Positions 42,101 through 57,850 of a DNA stretch of 64,000 bases are shown here, piece by piece. The notes below the pieces were generated by a model. The model made no database searches, was not told where the DNA came from, and saw nothing but the letters and a program-made list of their open reading frames with translations. Every line of letters begins with the position of its first letter. The stretch's first letter is position 1. A program made the position numbers and the translations under genes. Source of the stretch: Felis catus (taxonomy: Eukaryota); contig NC_058368.1 in the NCBI RefSeq assembly GCF_018350175.1, positions 172,982,001 through 173,046,000 on the forward strand, read 5' to 3'.

Positions 42101-42660
42101 GCAGCCAGCTTCGGATTCCGTGTCTCCTTCTCTCTCTGCCTCTCTCTCTCTCTCTCAAAAATAAACAAAAGTAAAAACTATTTCAAAAATAGGGATGCCT
42201 TGGTGGCTCAGTCGGTTGAGTATCCAACTCTTGGTTTGGGCTCAGGTCGTGACCTCCCTGTTTATAGAATCGGGCCCCATGTCAGGCTCTGTGCTGACAG
42301 CTCAAGAGGCTGCAGCCAGCTTCAGATTCTGTGTCTCCCTCCCTCTCCCTCTCTCTCTCTCTCTGCCCCTCCACCACTTGTGCTCTCTCTTTAAAATAAA
42401 CATTTTAAGAAACTTAAAAAAAATTTTTTTTAAATACGGGCGCCTGGGTGGTTCAGTCAGTTGAACATCCGACTCTTGGTTTTGGCTCAGGTCATGATCT
42501 CAGTTTTGTGGGTTTGAGCCCCCCACAGGGCTCTGTTCTGACAGCAATGGGCCTGCTTGGGATTCCTTCTCTCTCTGCCCCTCCCCGACTCACACAGTCT
42601 CTCAAAAATAAATAAAACTTTAAAAAACATTATTTAAAAAAAAAATAATTTTTTTAAATT
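39194..42660 (+). mobile_element. Dense CanSINE cluster (about 14-15 copies, mostly + strand)
   Basis: Successive GGGG(C/T)(A/G)CCTGGGTGGCTCAGT heads, each followed by (CT)n and A tails. Confidence 0.9.
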
Positions 42661-42679
42661 CATTTCTTGTTGGATAGGT

Positions 42680-43100
42680 GTGGTAACCAGCCTCCAAGAT
42701 GGTCCCCAATGATTCCCATCTCTAGGTATTCATGGTATTCAACCCATGGTTTTCCCCTCCCACACTTATCCCCTTAATTCTTCCTGCTTGGTCTCTCCTC
42801 TCTTGGATCACTCACCCTGGGGGAAACTAGTACATACTATGAGCAGCCCTATGGAAAAGCTCATCTGGCAAGGAACTAAGGACTCCTACAGCCAACCAGC
42901 AACATTTTCTTAGACAGGGATCCTAGAGCCTTTAGAGGACTGCAGCACTGGCTGACATCTTGCTTGTAATCTCATGAGACACTGAGACAGAACCACCCAA
43001 CTAAGCCACTCCCAGATTCCTAACCCTCTGTGATATTAATGTTTGTTTTAGCCTGCTAAATTTGAAAGTAATTTGTTAGGCAAAATAGATAACTAATACA
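42680..43100 (+). mobile_element. MLT1F-like MaLR solo LTR
   Basis: Starts TGTGGTAACCAGCCTCCAAGATGGTCCCCAATGAT and ends AATTTGTTAGGCAAAATAGATAACTAATACA. Confidence 0.8.
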
Positions 43101-44596
43101 GAGGGAAACATTCCTTTCACAGCTTTAAGAATTTATGTTTTCAAAAAGGTATTAAAGACACTATAAAAATTGTCATCATCATGGTACTGGATATTAAAAT
43201 AAAATCCATATTAAATCAGTAACTGTGACAGATAGCATTTCTTCACATTTTTATGTCTGTAAAGTTAAGCAAATACATAGAAGCACAATAAGCTTTGAAT
43301 CAATAAAAGAAATCACTTCAAAACACAGATCTGGGTAAATGAAAAATCAAACTTCAGCTGTACAACTACAGAAAAGCATTCACTAAAACTGAAAAGAGAT
43401 TGGGGCACCTGGGTGGCTCAGTCAGTTAAGCACCCAACTCTATTTTGGCTCAGGTCATGATCTCACAGTTTGTGAGATCTAGCCCCACATCCGGCTCCAT
43501 GCTGTCAATGCACAGCCTGCTTGGGATTCTCTCTCTCCCTCTCTCTCTGCGCCTCCTGCACTCTCATTCTCCTTCTCTCAAAATAAATAAAAAATTTAAA
43601 AGAAATGCAAAAAAAAAAAAAACAAAACCAAAACTATTGAAATGGTACGATCCTTTTGGAAAGCCATAGAGAAGTACATACATCAACATACAAAAAAATT
43701 TAACCCATTACCCTGATATTCTACCACCAGCAGTTTATCCTTAGGAAATAATTCCACAAACATTATTATGAAATTATTACAAGAAAATAATTCCACAGAT
43801 ATTACCTATCAAGACTCTACTTACAACTCTAACATCTACTCCACCAAAGAAATTATTTCAGTGGTTTAATTAACTGCACTGTAATACTTCTGCCCACTCT
43901 ACTATGTTAAAGAAGAATATCTGAAATGTGGACTTTATTACCTCTCAACAACTGCTCTGCAATTCTTTACTGATGGTGGCATAAGTAGAGGTGCTATTCC
44001 TTGATATACTTACTATAAAAACAAATTCAAGACATTGTCAGTTGCACCAAATGTAATTTGAATAAATGCCTTTAGATGTAAAATTCCAAAGACAATTAGG
44101 ATGGCATTAATGTCTATTATTTTTAGTGAGTACAGAGACAACTTCTACATCACCTACTTGCACCAGGGACCCCCAACAGCTCCAATTACACTATCAAGAG
44201 AAATTTGAGATGACAAGGGGAATATACCATTGCAATTTACAAAGACTAACCTTCAGACTCTTCCTGGTATATAAGGGGATATCATATAACCAGTAATTAT
44301 TTTTAATTTAATCTAATGTGTAAATACAATTGTTCATACTCCAAAATGGATTTTATCCTTCCAGCAATCTTTAGCAGAATATTATGGTATTTTATATAAA
44401 ATCACTGGAATGTGAAAAGGACTTTAGAAACCTTAATAAGTAATTTTGCCTAATAAAGCAACACTAAAATCTGTTCCAACTTATTAAGGGGAAACCACAA
44501 ATGTGTATGACTTTGTTGGTTCTCTAGTAAATTATCTAAAAGTGGAAGCAATGTTTAAAATTATGGTTTGTATATAACCATTACAAAGAATGTAAA

Positions 44597-47390
<2,794 letters not shown>

Positions 47391-48878
47391 AGTGGAGCTC
47401 TATCTACATGCTCATATGAAAATATGTCCTTAATATATTAACCAAGGTATTGAACACGTATACAGGCCATTTACATTTCCAAATTTGAAAAAAAGAAAAG
47501 GTTTGTATAAAAAGAAAAGTTTAATAGAACATTAAGTACATGAGGGGTGACAGAAATAGAAACTTTTACCTTCCATTTTTAAGTCTGACTTTTTTTTGCC
47601 ACAAATATTTATTACCTTTCTAACTAAAAAGAATCACAGCCAGGGTGCCTGGGTGGCTCAGTTGGTTAAGCATCTGACTTTTTTTTTTTTAATATTTTTA
47701 TTAATTTTTGAGAGAGAGGAGAGAGAGTGTGAGCAGTGGGGGGGTGGGGGGGGAGGGAGGGAGGGAGGGAGAGAGAGAGAGAGAGAGAGAGGATCCAAAG
47801 CAGGCTCTGTGCTGACAGCAGAGAGAATCTGATATGGGGATTGAACTCACGAACTGTGAGATCATGACCTGAGCCAAAGTCAAATGCTTAACCGACTGAG
47901 CCACTCAGGCACCCTGTGTCCCACTCTTGATATCAGCTCAGGTCATGATCTCACAGTTCCTGAGTTTGAGCCCGGCATGGGGCTCTGCACTGACAGGGCG
48001 GAGCCTGCTTGGAACTCTGGTCTCTCCCTTTCTCTTTGCCCCTTCCCTGTTTGCTCTTTTAAAACAAATAAATAAACATTAAAAAAAAAATCCTAGCCAT
48101 TTCTTCAAAAGGCCACACTTGAAATTATTTTAAAAGTCTAAGGAACAATCATTCAATGAAAATCAAACCCACCACTGCAAAAGAGATGGGATCTCCTTTC
48201 AGTGGGTTCTTGTGAAAACTAGGGGGTAGAGATGTAACATTTACATCCGTGACAATGACAAAAGACAACCAGCAAAACAACATAATAAAGTTATACCACT
48301 TAACAGCTGGGAGTACACAAAGATCCTGATCCCACTACACAAAGTAAATTCTCGTGATTACCAAGAAAAAATGGATAAAATTCTATTAAACAGAAATAGA
48401 AACTGTCAACAGTAGTTTATGTCTTTAACTTACCAAGTAAGGCAGAAGAGTTCAGAAGAATAAAGAAAAAAAAGCAAAAACGCAAAGACAGGCTTCTGGA
48501 AATTCACGACTAACTCTCCCAAAAGGTGTTTGGTTCTTGCATATAATAGGCATTGCTTACTGAGCACCTACTTCAGAACTAGCATCTAGTATCTTGTTGC
48601 ACTCTCAAACAAACCTGTAGGTAAGGTACTAGCCCCAATTTAGAGATGAGGAACTGGGCCTCAGAGATTAAAGGGACTTCTCCAACTAAACAGGAAGAAC
48701 AGTACACACTCAGACACACTCAGAGATCTGTTCAATTTAAGAACATTATGATTCGGGGTACCTGGGTAGCTCAGTAAGTTAAGTGTCCAACTCTTGATTT
48801 TGGTTCAGGTCATGATCTCGTGGTTTGAGATTGAACACCACGTCAGGCTCTGTGCTGACAGTGTGAAGCCTGCTTGGG

Positions 48879-48881
<3 letters not shown>

Positions 48882-48931
<50 letters not shown>
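48882..48931. repeat. (CT)n expansion inside a CanSINE
   Basis: About 25 pure CT units. Confidence 0.93.
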
Positions 48932-48934
<3 letters not shown>

Positions 48935-51900
48935 CCCCCTCCCACTCACGTGCTCTCACTCTCTCTCAAAATAAACTCAAAAAAATAATAATAAGACCAC
49001 TATGATTTAATATTCACAATTAAAAGACTGAAAAGTGAGGGGGCACCAGGCTGGCTCAGTCGGTGAAGCATCCAACTCTTGATCCCAGGGTCATGAGTTC
49101 AAGCCCCACGTTGGGTGTGGAGCCCACTTTAAAAAAAAAAAAAAATTACCTTGTTAAAAGATTGAAGGTGAGAATGTGGAGAAAAATATTAGGATATTAG
49201 GAAACTCAAGTTCAAAGACCTTAGAAATTGAGTGCATGAGGAGATAAAGTCAAAAAAGTCAAAAAAATTCTGAGGTTTTAAAATTTGGTACACCGAGGAG
49301 AAGAGCTGACAGTCCATTCATCACCTTCCTATCTAAAACTTACTTCCTGGAGCACCTAGGTGGCTAAGTCGGTTAAGCCTCTGACTTCGGCTCAGGTCAC
49401 GATCTCACCTCTTGTGGGTTCAAGCTCCACAATGAGCTCTGTGCTGACAGCTCAGAGCCTAGAGCCTCCTTTGGATTCTGTGTCTCCCTCTCTCTCTGCC
49501 CCTCCCTGCCTCTCAAAAACAGATAAACATTAAAAAAAATTTTTTTAGTAAGTAAAATAAAATCTACTTCCCTCCCCAAGTTGTACTGCTGTAATAGCAC
49601 CATCCACCCTTTCCTTTGGTAACTATATAAAGGACTACTACAAAAAAGGCATCATGCTACATACTATTAATATGCAACGATGAATCAGACCAAGAGAATA
49701 AAGACATGAGCCAGGGGAGGGTGTGAAGTAAAGCAAATCTAATCTATTAGTAAATAGCTCAGTCTGACTGAACCCAGAACACCTTGGATATAGCATATAT
49801 GAGATTTGAGAAAGTCAAGAAAGGGTCCTATCAAAGAGGCACTAAATATGGGCTTTGTTTGTTAGGTAAATAGGGAAAGAAGTGAGGCACTGAAGGTAAA
49901 GCTTTAACCAGAGACCTAGAATTTCTCATTTTGGAGGACAGAAGTAATTTTGGATAAGACAGACTGGAAAGAAAAACTGTATGAAGAGTGATAAAGACCT
50001 CATAGTAGAATGGGAATTAAGAAATGAAAAAAAGACTGGAGAATCTGTGTAATTTAGAAATCGCATAATGGAGTGCCTGGCTGGCTCAGTCAGAAGAGCA
50101 GCATGTGACTCTTAATCTCAGGGTCATGAGTTTGAGTCCCACACTGGGTGAAGATTACTTAAATAAAAATTTAAAAAATAAAAATAAAAATAAAAACTTA
50201 AAAAAAAAAGTCAACTCTTGGGGTGCCTTGGTGGCTCAGTCAGTTAAGCATCCAACTTCAGCTCAAGTAATGATCTCGCAGTCAGTGAGTTCAAGTCCCT
50301 CGTCAGGCTCTGTGCTGATAGCTCAGAGCCTGGAGCCTGCTTCAGATTCTGTGTTTCCCTCTCTCTGCCCCTCCTCTGCTCATGCTCTTTCTCTCTCAAA
50401 AATGCATAAACATTAAAAAAAATTTTTTTAAAAGTCAACTCTATAGGATGGCATACAAGACCTATGTTTATACTTTACCTCCTGACAACCTCATTCTCCC
50501 AGATTCCTATCAAAAGAATTTCTTGGCACTTCTATATCCTACTCCTTCTTACTTACTGGCATGCCTCTGTTCAATTATACACAACCTTTCTGTGAAGTTC
50601 TTCAGGATTACTCCAGACATGCCACAGTACTGTATTTATAACACCTATTAAACTACTTACTATTCTGTATTGTCAATGTTTACACTGGTGTTCCTTAAAT
50701 AGTAAAGTTCCTTAAAAACACAAAGTAGGTCTTACGTTTTAATACTAGCAGTGCCTGGCACAGAGAAAGCACTCAAATGTGGTTTGATCATAAAAATGAG
50801 GGACTCCAAAGTTTCCAGCCTTGAAATGAACAGGAGGATGATGCTGTCATTAACACAAAAGGAAATGCATGTTTGGCATAAAGGATAGGTTCAAAATTGA
50901 ATACGATATAGGTAGAAGAGAAAGTTGGTTGGCGATTAGAATTTCTTGGTCTGAAGCTCAGAAGTCAGATCAAGAGCATTTTCACATAGCAGAGTAAGAA
51001 TAAAGTAAATCCATGAAAGTGGATGAGACTGCAGAGAATCAAAGAGGAAGAAAAGACAGTGAGCAAAGAAGGGCTGTTTAAAGGAGTGGTGGTCAAATAC
51101 TGCAAATCTAATAGGGTAAGTATTGAAGTGTCACCTGGGACTTATAAAAGAACAGTTGCAGCAGAGTAGAGGATATAGAAGCCAATCCACAGAGCTTTAA
51201 GGAGAGGTTAAAAAAGCAGTTAACTCTTGCAAGAAATTCACCATTAAAGGGGAAAGATCATTGGAAGGGTTATAGGATACAAGAAGATGCCTTTAGAATA
51301 GGCAGGTATCATCCCGTTTTAGGCAGAAAAAAATGAAGGAGAAAAGCAGAAAATAGACTCCAGAAGAAAAGAGGAAAGAGGAATGAGTAACACCAGGTCC
51401 TCTAGCAGGGAGGACATGAGAGCAGAACATGAGAGGTATGGAGATAGGATCTATTTTCTTTTTAGACAGGAAAGAAGAGGGCAGAGAATTGCTGCAACGA
51501 TGAGGAGAGCAGAGAGAATCTGAGGAACCATTGTCTCAGGGACCACCACAAGCCATACAAAGATCATCTGCACTCATCTCTCCTTCTTTCCTCAAATCCA
51601 GACTCTGATTTTGCCTCCAAACCAGATAGCCCAAAATGGCTGCCAATTTCCCTCCTCTGAAATCATCTTTTCGATTTACCCTCTTTCTTTCTACTACTAA
51701 TTCTGCCCATGTTTTTTTGTTGTTGTTGGGGTTTTTTTTGGTTGTTTTTTTTTTTAATGTTTATTTCTGAGAGAGAGAGACAGCCCATCAGCAGGGAAGG
51801 GGCAGAGACAGAGGGAGACACAGAATCTGAAGCAGGCTCCAGGCTCTGAGCTGTCAGCCCACAGCCCAACAGGGGGCTCGAACTCACAAACCGTGAGATC

Positions 51901-53517
51901 ATGACCTGAGCCAAAGTCAGACGCTTAACCGAATGAGCCACCCAGGTGCCCCCAAGTCTAAGTTTTAACTACTATTGCAACAGACTCTGACATCCTAAGG
52001 TTGCCTCTATTCTCCCCCAGCCAAAGTTTTTCAAACACAGATTTCATCAGATCACTTCTCAGCTAAAATCCCTTGCTGGCTCCTAGTCCTATCACTTTCA
52101 ACATCAAATGCCACAGTCCAAACTTTTAGGCCCTATTACCAGACTACACTTATCCTACCCAACCAATCCTCAACAAATACTTCCTGAAAATACTATGTTC
52201 ACTTAATTCTCTACATGAAAAATACCCTTCTAGGAGGTACCTGGGTGGCTCAGTCAGTTAGGCATCCAGACGCCTGATTTCAGCTCAAGTCATGATCTGT
52301 TTGTGGATTTGAGCCCCACACTGACAGCGCAGAGCCTGCTTGAGATTCTCTCACCCCTCTCTGTGCCCCTCCCCTCCTTGTGCTCTCTCTCAAAATAAAC
52401 TTAAGACGAAAACAGCCTTCTACACCCAACCAAACCCAACCCAGCCAAAGCCAATTCAAGTTCCACTTCTTCCTTGAAGCCTTGACTACTCCAGGTTTCA
52501 TTCATCTCTCCACTCAACTCTTTAACCACTTAAACATCCACAGCATAGAACTCAGTACAGGTGGGTGGTTTTTGAGTACTTTGTAAATCCCCAAGATTGT
52601 ATAGGATTGTTACAACGCCAAGATACCTATTTTTAAATGGCAAAAAGAAGCCTCTATTCAAACATCTTCCTATGGACAATATAGTGTCTATCTCCACCTA
52701 ATAATGAACTACTATTACAGTGCCAGTCAATTACAAGGTAAAACTGCAAACAAATCTGGCAAAAAGATGCTGTGTTTCTTGAAATCAATGTAAATAATAA
52801 AGAAAAACCACTCTGATTACAGGTATGGAAAAGATGATCTAGGTCAAGCAGTAAACAAGTGACAACTGACAACAATAATAGGACAGAAACTTCAAAAAGT
52901 GACATGATAAACATCAAAGGATTAAGATATGTTGGGGCACCTGGGTGGCTGAGCTGGTTAAGCATCCAACTCTTGGTTTTGGCTCAGGTCATGATCTCAC
53001 AGTCTTTGAGTTCAAACCTGACGATGGGCTCCTCAATGACACTGTGGAGTCTGCCTCGGATTCTGTTTCTCTCCCTCTCTCTCTCTGACCCTCCGCCAAT
53101 CACGCATGCACTTTCTCTCTTTAAATAAACTTAAAAACAATGTAAGTCAATGACATAACAGAGGGAAAATAAAACAAGTTCAGTAAAATAGCAGTTACCA
53201 CTGAGTATGCAAGCATTTCTACGATTCTCTCTTCTTTGGTATATGCTTGAAATTTTCTATTGTGGACTTTTTTTTTTTTTTAAATGTTTGTTTATTTTTG
53301 AGAGAGACAGACACAGAGTGTGAGCAGAAGAGGGGCAGAGAGACACAGAGACATAGAATCTGAAGCAGGCTCCAGGCTCTGAGCTGTCAGCAGAGAGCCT
53401 GATGCGGGGCTTAAACTCACAAACCACGAGATCATGACCTGAGCTAAAGTCAGATGCTTAACCCACTGAGCCACCCAGGCACCCCTATTGTGGACACTTT
53501 TAAAAGAGAACCTTACT

Positions 53518-53753
53518 GGGGCGCCTGGGTGGCGCAGTCGGTTAAGCGTCCGACTTCAGCCAGGTCACGATCTCGCGGTCCGTGAGTTCGAGCCCCGCGT
53601 CGGGCTCTGGGCTGATGGCTCGGAGCCTGGAGCCTGTTTCGGATTCTGTGTCTCCCTCTCTCTCTGCCCCTCCCCCGTTCATGCTCTGTCTCTCTCTGTC
53701 CCATAAATAAATAAATAAATAAATAAATGAATGAATGAATAAATAAATAAATA
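53518..53753 (+). mobile_element. Young feline CanSINE (SINEC_Fc-like) with a (TAAA)n tail
   Basis: CpG-intact copy. TSD AGAACCTTACT at 53507-53517 and 53754-53764. Confidence 0.93.
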
Positions 53754-56700
53754 AGAACCTTACTAAAACGGATTACCTCACTATTTTACAAAAATTTAAC
53801 CTCATTATAATCATGAGAGAGTGAAACAAAATAAAGTATGTCACCTCCCTCTTATGCAATTTCACTGGACAATTTCTTTTTAATTTTTTAATGCTTATTA
53901 TTTATTTTGAGAGAGAGAAAGAAAAAGGAGGAGCAGAGACGGAATTTCCAAGCAGGCTCCACGCTACCAGCACAGAGCCCCACACAGGGCTTGATCCCAC
54001 AAACCTTGAGATCCATGACCTGAGGCAAGATTAAAAGTCAGCCGTTCAACTGAGCCACCCAGGTGCCCCTGGACAAAATTTTTTTTACTCTATTTGATTC
54101 TTGCCTTATTATAACAAATAGTTGCCATCACAACCAAAGTTTTGATAAAGGTTTAAAAAGTTTATTTTCATATTTCTTCATTTTAATTTTCCGATATAAA
54201 ATCCTAAGTAAACTCTTTTGTCCTTATTATGAAATTTTAGTTCCCACTGTAAGTGGATTCATTTTTAGTCACCTTCTTTAGATTAAAAGTACAATAGGTA
54301 CATCAGACTATCCTGGAGCTAGCTAGCTACATCCTAAGAATTTTGAGTATCCCTAAATTCATGAATACCACCACAATATAAATTCTCCATAAAACATCTA
54401 AGGGAAGAGTAGAAAACAAACTGCTACAAACAGCCTAGTGAGTAAGCCAGGCCCAGCCAAGAGTGTCAGAGACCTTCAGAAGTCACTACAGAAAACCAAG
54501 AGTACTGAGATAGTTCTAGGATTTCAAGGGTTTTAGTTTTGTCTCTAATAATCTCAAGTGTCTTGAAGGATGACCTGTCTTTTATGACATCTTTCACTAC
54601 AAAACTATAAAGATCCAATGAGACAATACAGACCAAAGCACTTAATAAGTTGTAAATTATTGCCTGTTTAAACTTAGCTCTGGGACCAACTTTCCTTCAG
54701 TATTTTATCAAGTACCTACATATTATTAAGCACTATACACTGCATACATTCACTGGCAGGAATTAGAAGGTGTCAACCCAATTAAATATAAAAGCACCAA
54801 GTCAGGATTATTAACTATAATGACAATCATTATTCACATCACTATATTCAGATAAAATAACTGAAAAGCAGAGGATAAACTGAAGAGGCTGCTTATTTAT
54901 GGCAGAGGCAAAAAGTCTGCTTACAGCTAGACATACAAAATAAGACAGTATGATTTTGAATCATGTGCCTTTCTCTAACTCTATAAAGGGAATTTACAAT
55001 CCTAATAACTATATTACTCTTACCAAGAGAATCTTACTCTATCAAAGTATCACATAACAAAAAATACCAACAGCATTTGCTAATGATTTTCTAAAATTTC
55101 CAGCCCTAGGCATAGAATCTAATGCAGAGTAAGTAAGTGCTCTATACTTGCTGCAATGAATCAACTGTGCAGTAATCTGTATATATTAAGTGTGTAGCCA
55201 TATAGAATTATTTTTAATTACACCTTTCCCAAACTATGTTATTCAGCTAAATTTGCACTCTAACACTGACTTCACTATTTCAAATCTTCAGCTAAAAAAT
55301 ATCAAAGGCAAAAATCAAAGCAATACATTGCATCCACGACCTTAAACCAAAGGCCTTCAATTGGTTATTCGCCTCTTCAAGCCCATAAAGTCTTTAAGCA
55401 ATTTATACTTTCTGCCAGAAAAAAAAATTTCTATTTATACACAATTTTGCTAACTCCCATTTTAGATACATAACATACTATCTATAGGCTCCAATATTTT
55501 CAATTGTTTAATAGAGCCAATATTCCAATGACATCTCTTTGACAAGAAACAGATTTATGTGTCATTATATATATGCTTCTAGAGAAACATCTCCACTGTC
55601 AAATGCAAGATTTTATGTAAACACAAGGGCATCACTATATATGTAAAAAAATTTCCATGTGAACCCAAGAAAGAGTTTGTCTAAGCTGCCAATAGGTCAC
55701 CAACACAACTTATCCACCCTAAAAAATACCAAGGACAATACAGACTCAAAGTGACTACCAAAACAAATTTTTAAAATGTGCAACTGCCAACTTAAGAAAC
55801 CAAGGAGTACTAAAGCATATTTAAAACATGAATCAACAAACAAAAGCAACACACCCACATTCTCTGTGACTTTAAAGACTATCAAGGCTATATGGTAAAG
55901 TGAATGTTTAATGCACTCAAAACAGTCACCACATACAATTTTTTTTCTGATTAAATTTTTATATAGATTGCAGAGGCATGGAAGTAAGGAGATCCTCCGT
56001 GGTGACACTGCAGGTGACCATAACAATACATCTGGGGAGAAACAAAATCAGAATGAAATATTTAAAGCTGAGAAAAATTTTTTAACAACCAAGAAGTTTG
56101 ATTTTAAAGGTGATGAAACTGAGGCTAAGAGAACTGAGCATTCCGCTAACTATGGACAGTCCAAGAAATTCTGTATAAGATCAAATAAAAAAGAACTTTA
56201 TCATTTACCACTCGTTAACAACAATACACAGCACTACTAAATAACAACTCAAAGTAGATTTTCTTCCGTTTCTATACACCTACACATACCACAACACACA
56301 AACACTTCAAAATTAAAACCTAAGTTCAAGAGTCTACTCTGATGGTGGCAGTTACCTACAGCAATAGGATACTATACCTTCACAACAGGTAGTTCAGAAA
56401 AACTGGCCTAATTTAAATTTTGACTGATGTCCAAGAAGGTCTTCTCATCTTAGCTACTTTCAATTTGTACCCAAAATGCACTTCAATGTGAAGCAAGTAT
56501 CACCCCATCAACTAAAAAAACACGCCAGGCCTTACGTAAAAAAAAGAACTCCAGGAAACTAACTGGTTCACCTGCACTCATACCAGTATGCCAAAACATT
56601 TAAAAAATAACTAAGTAAAACTAAACAAATGTATGCTCCATCTTGAAAAATGAAATCTGAACTCAATTAAAGGCCCTTAAAAGTTTTAACTCTTAGCCAG

Positions 56701-56923
56701 TCCTCAACTGAGAGTTAACTGGAAAAATCTGAGGGAAAAAAAATCATACAACAGAGATAAATTTAAAAATCAGAGTAAAATCTCCCCAAAAAGCCTATCA
56801 TTAGCAATAGGCACTCAGCTGTGAACTGATAAACAACCAAAAACCAATCAGTTATGTTTCCCTTTAAGTTGCCTGTATATATACACTTATGTATATATTT
56901 AAGTTGTACCAAAAACTGCTTAC

Positions 56924-57850
56924 AAATGGCAATTCCTGTGAAGTAGATGATGATGAAGTTCCAGGTAATTCTAGCATGTTTCCTAATGTACTGGTACTGG
57001 AATCTGGATCATCCTGAAAAGATAAATTTATTGAATTTAATTGCTCTTCTATGGTAACGTTTGTATCTCCTAGTGAAAAGGGGGCTGGGAGAAGGGCTGC
57101 TTTTTCATTGCTGCCGTCCACTTCATTTCTTTGCTTATTTTTCTGTGTTTCAGTTTGAGGAGCTAATGGCAAGAATGGCGATTTGACTGCACCATTTCTA
57201 CTCTCTGATGTGCTGTCTTGTTCATTTCCCATGGCCACGTCTACACCATTCTCTGATTTAGGCTCATAATTGCAGGTGGCATTGGTCTGAGTTTCCTCAA
57301 AGATCTCCTCTATACTCTCATCCTCTGTGACTGGCTGTTCTGGGTCCATTTCAGAATCTACATCTGCATCGTCCACACAAGTAAAATTCTCAAAGTGCAG
57401 AAAGCCATTCTTGATAGTCTTTGTTACTTTTACCTGGAGTTCAGGGGAGTTATTACAAGAGGGTTCCTGTTTCATAGCAAGTGCTGTTGGACCACCAGGA
57501 CTCAAGGAAGTGCAAACAACTGGCGACTGAGCTCTTGAATCACTTTTTTCAGGGTCTTGAAAGGATTCTGATCCATCAGCAGACCCATTTAAATACTCTA
57601 CATTGATCATGGAGGCCAAATCCTGTAGTCTCCGCAGTGGAATGTAACAAGATGGAGAATCTTGTCCATAAGCATTTTGGGATGTTCCACTGGCAGTCGA
57701 TAACTGCATAGTACACCCATTAAGTGGCTCAGAAAAATTGGATTGACCATTACCGAAAGGGCTGTCCTTGTCTTCAGGGGCATCTAAATTCACTGGATTG
57801 GAAAAGGGCAGCAGACAATTTCTTCTAGGTAGTTCACAGGTCTGATCCAT
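56924..57850 (-). CDS. NSD1: NSD1 first coding exon (exon 2), residues 1-309 of histone-lysine N-methyltransferase NSD1
   Basis: Translation MDQTCELPRRNCLLPFSNPVNLDAPEDKDSPFGNGQSNFSEPLNGC...SSSTSQELPF is the recognisable NSD1 N-terminus. Acceptor TTTTGGATTTCAG|G places the exon start at 57867 (17 nt of UTR). Donor TTT|GTAAGC at 56924/56923 gives 927 coding nt, phase 0. The ORF-track tail VSSFWYN... is intron read-through. Confidence 0.97.
57014..57753 (-). other. NSD1: 740-nt intron internal to exon 2 (exitron), producing the short NSD1 isoform MPLKTRTALS-DDPDSS...
   Basis: ATG at 57783 reads MPLKTRTALS up to donor TCG|GTAATG (57754/57753). Acceptor ATCTTTTCAG|GATGAT (57014/57013) rejoins the main frame at D280. 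Matches the human short-isoform N-terminus as I recall it. Confidence 0.8.

Noticed and set aside
56864..56923. C-terminal extension of the 328-aa NSD1 ORF
   Set aside because: Lies beyond the canonical GTAAGC donor, so it is intronic unless the intron is retained.
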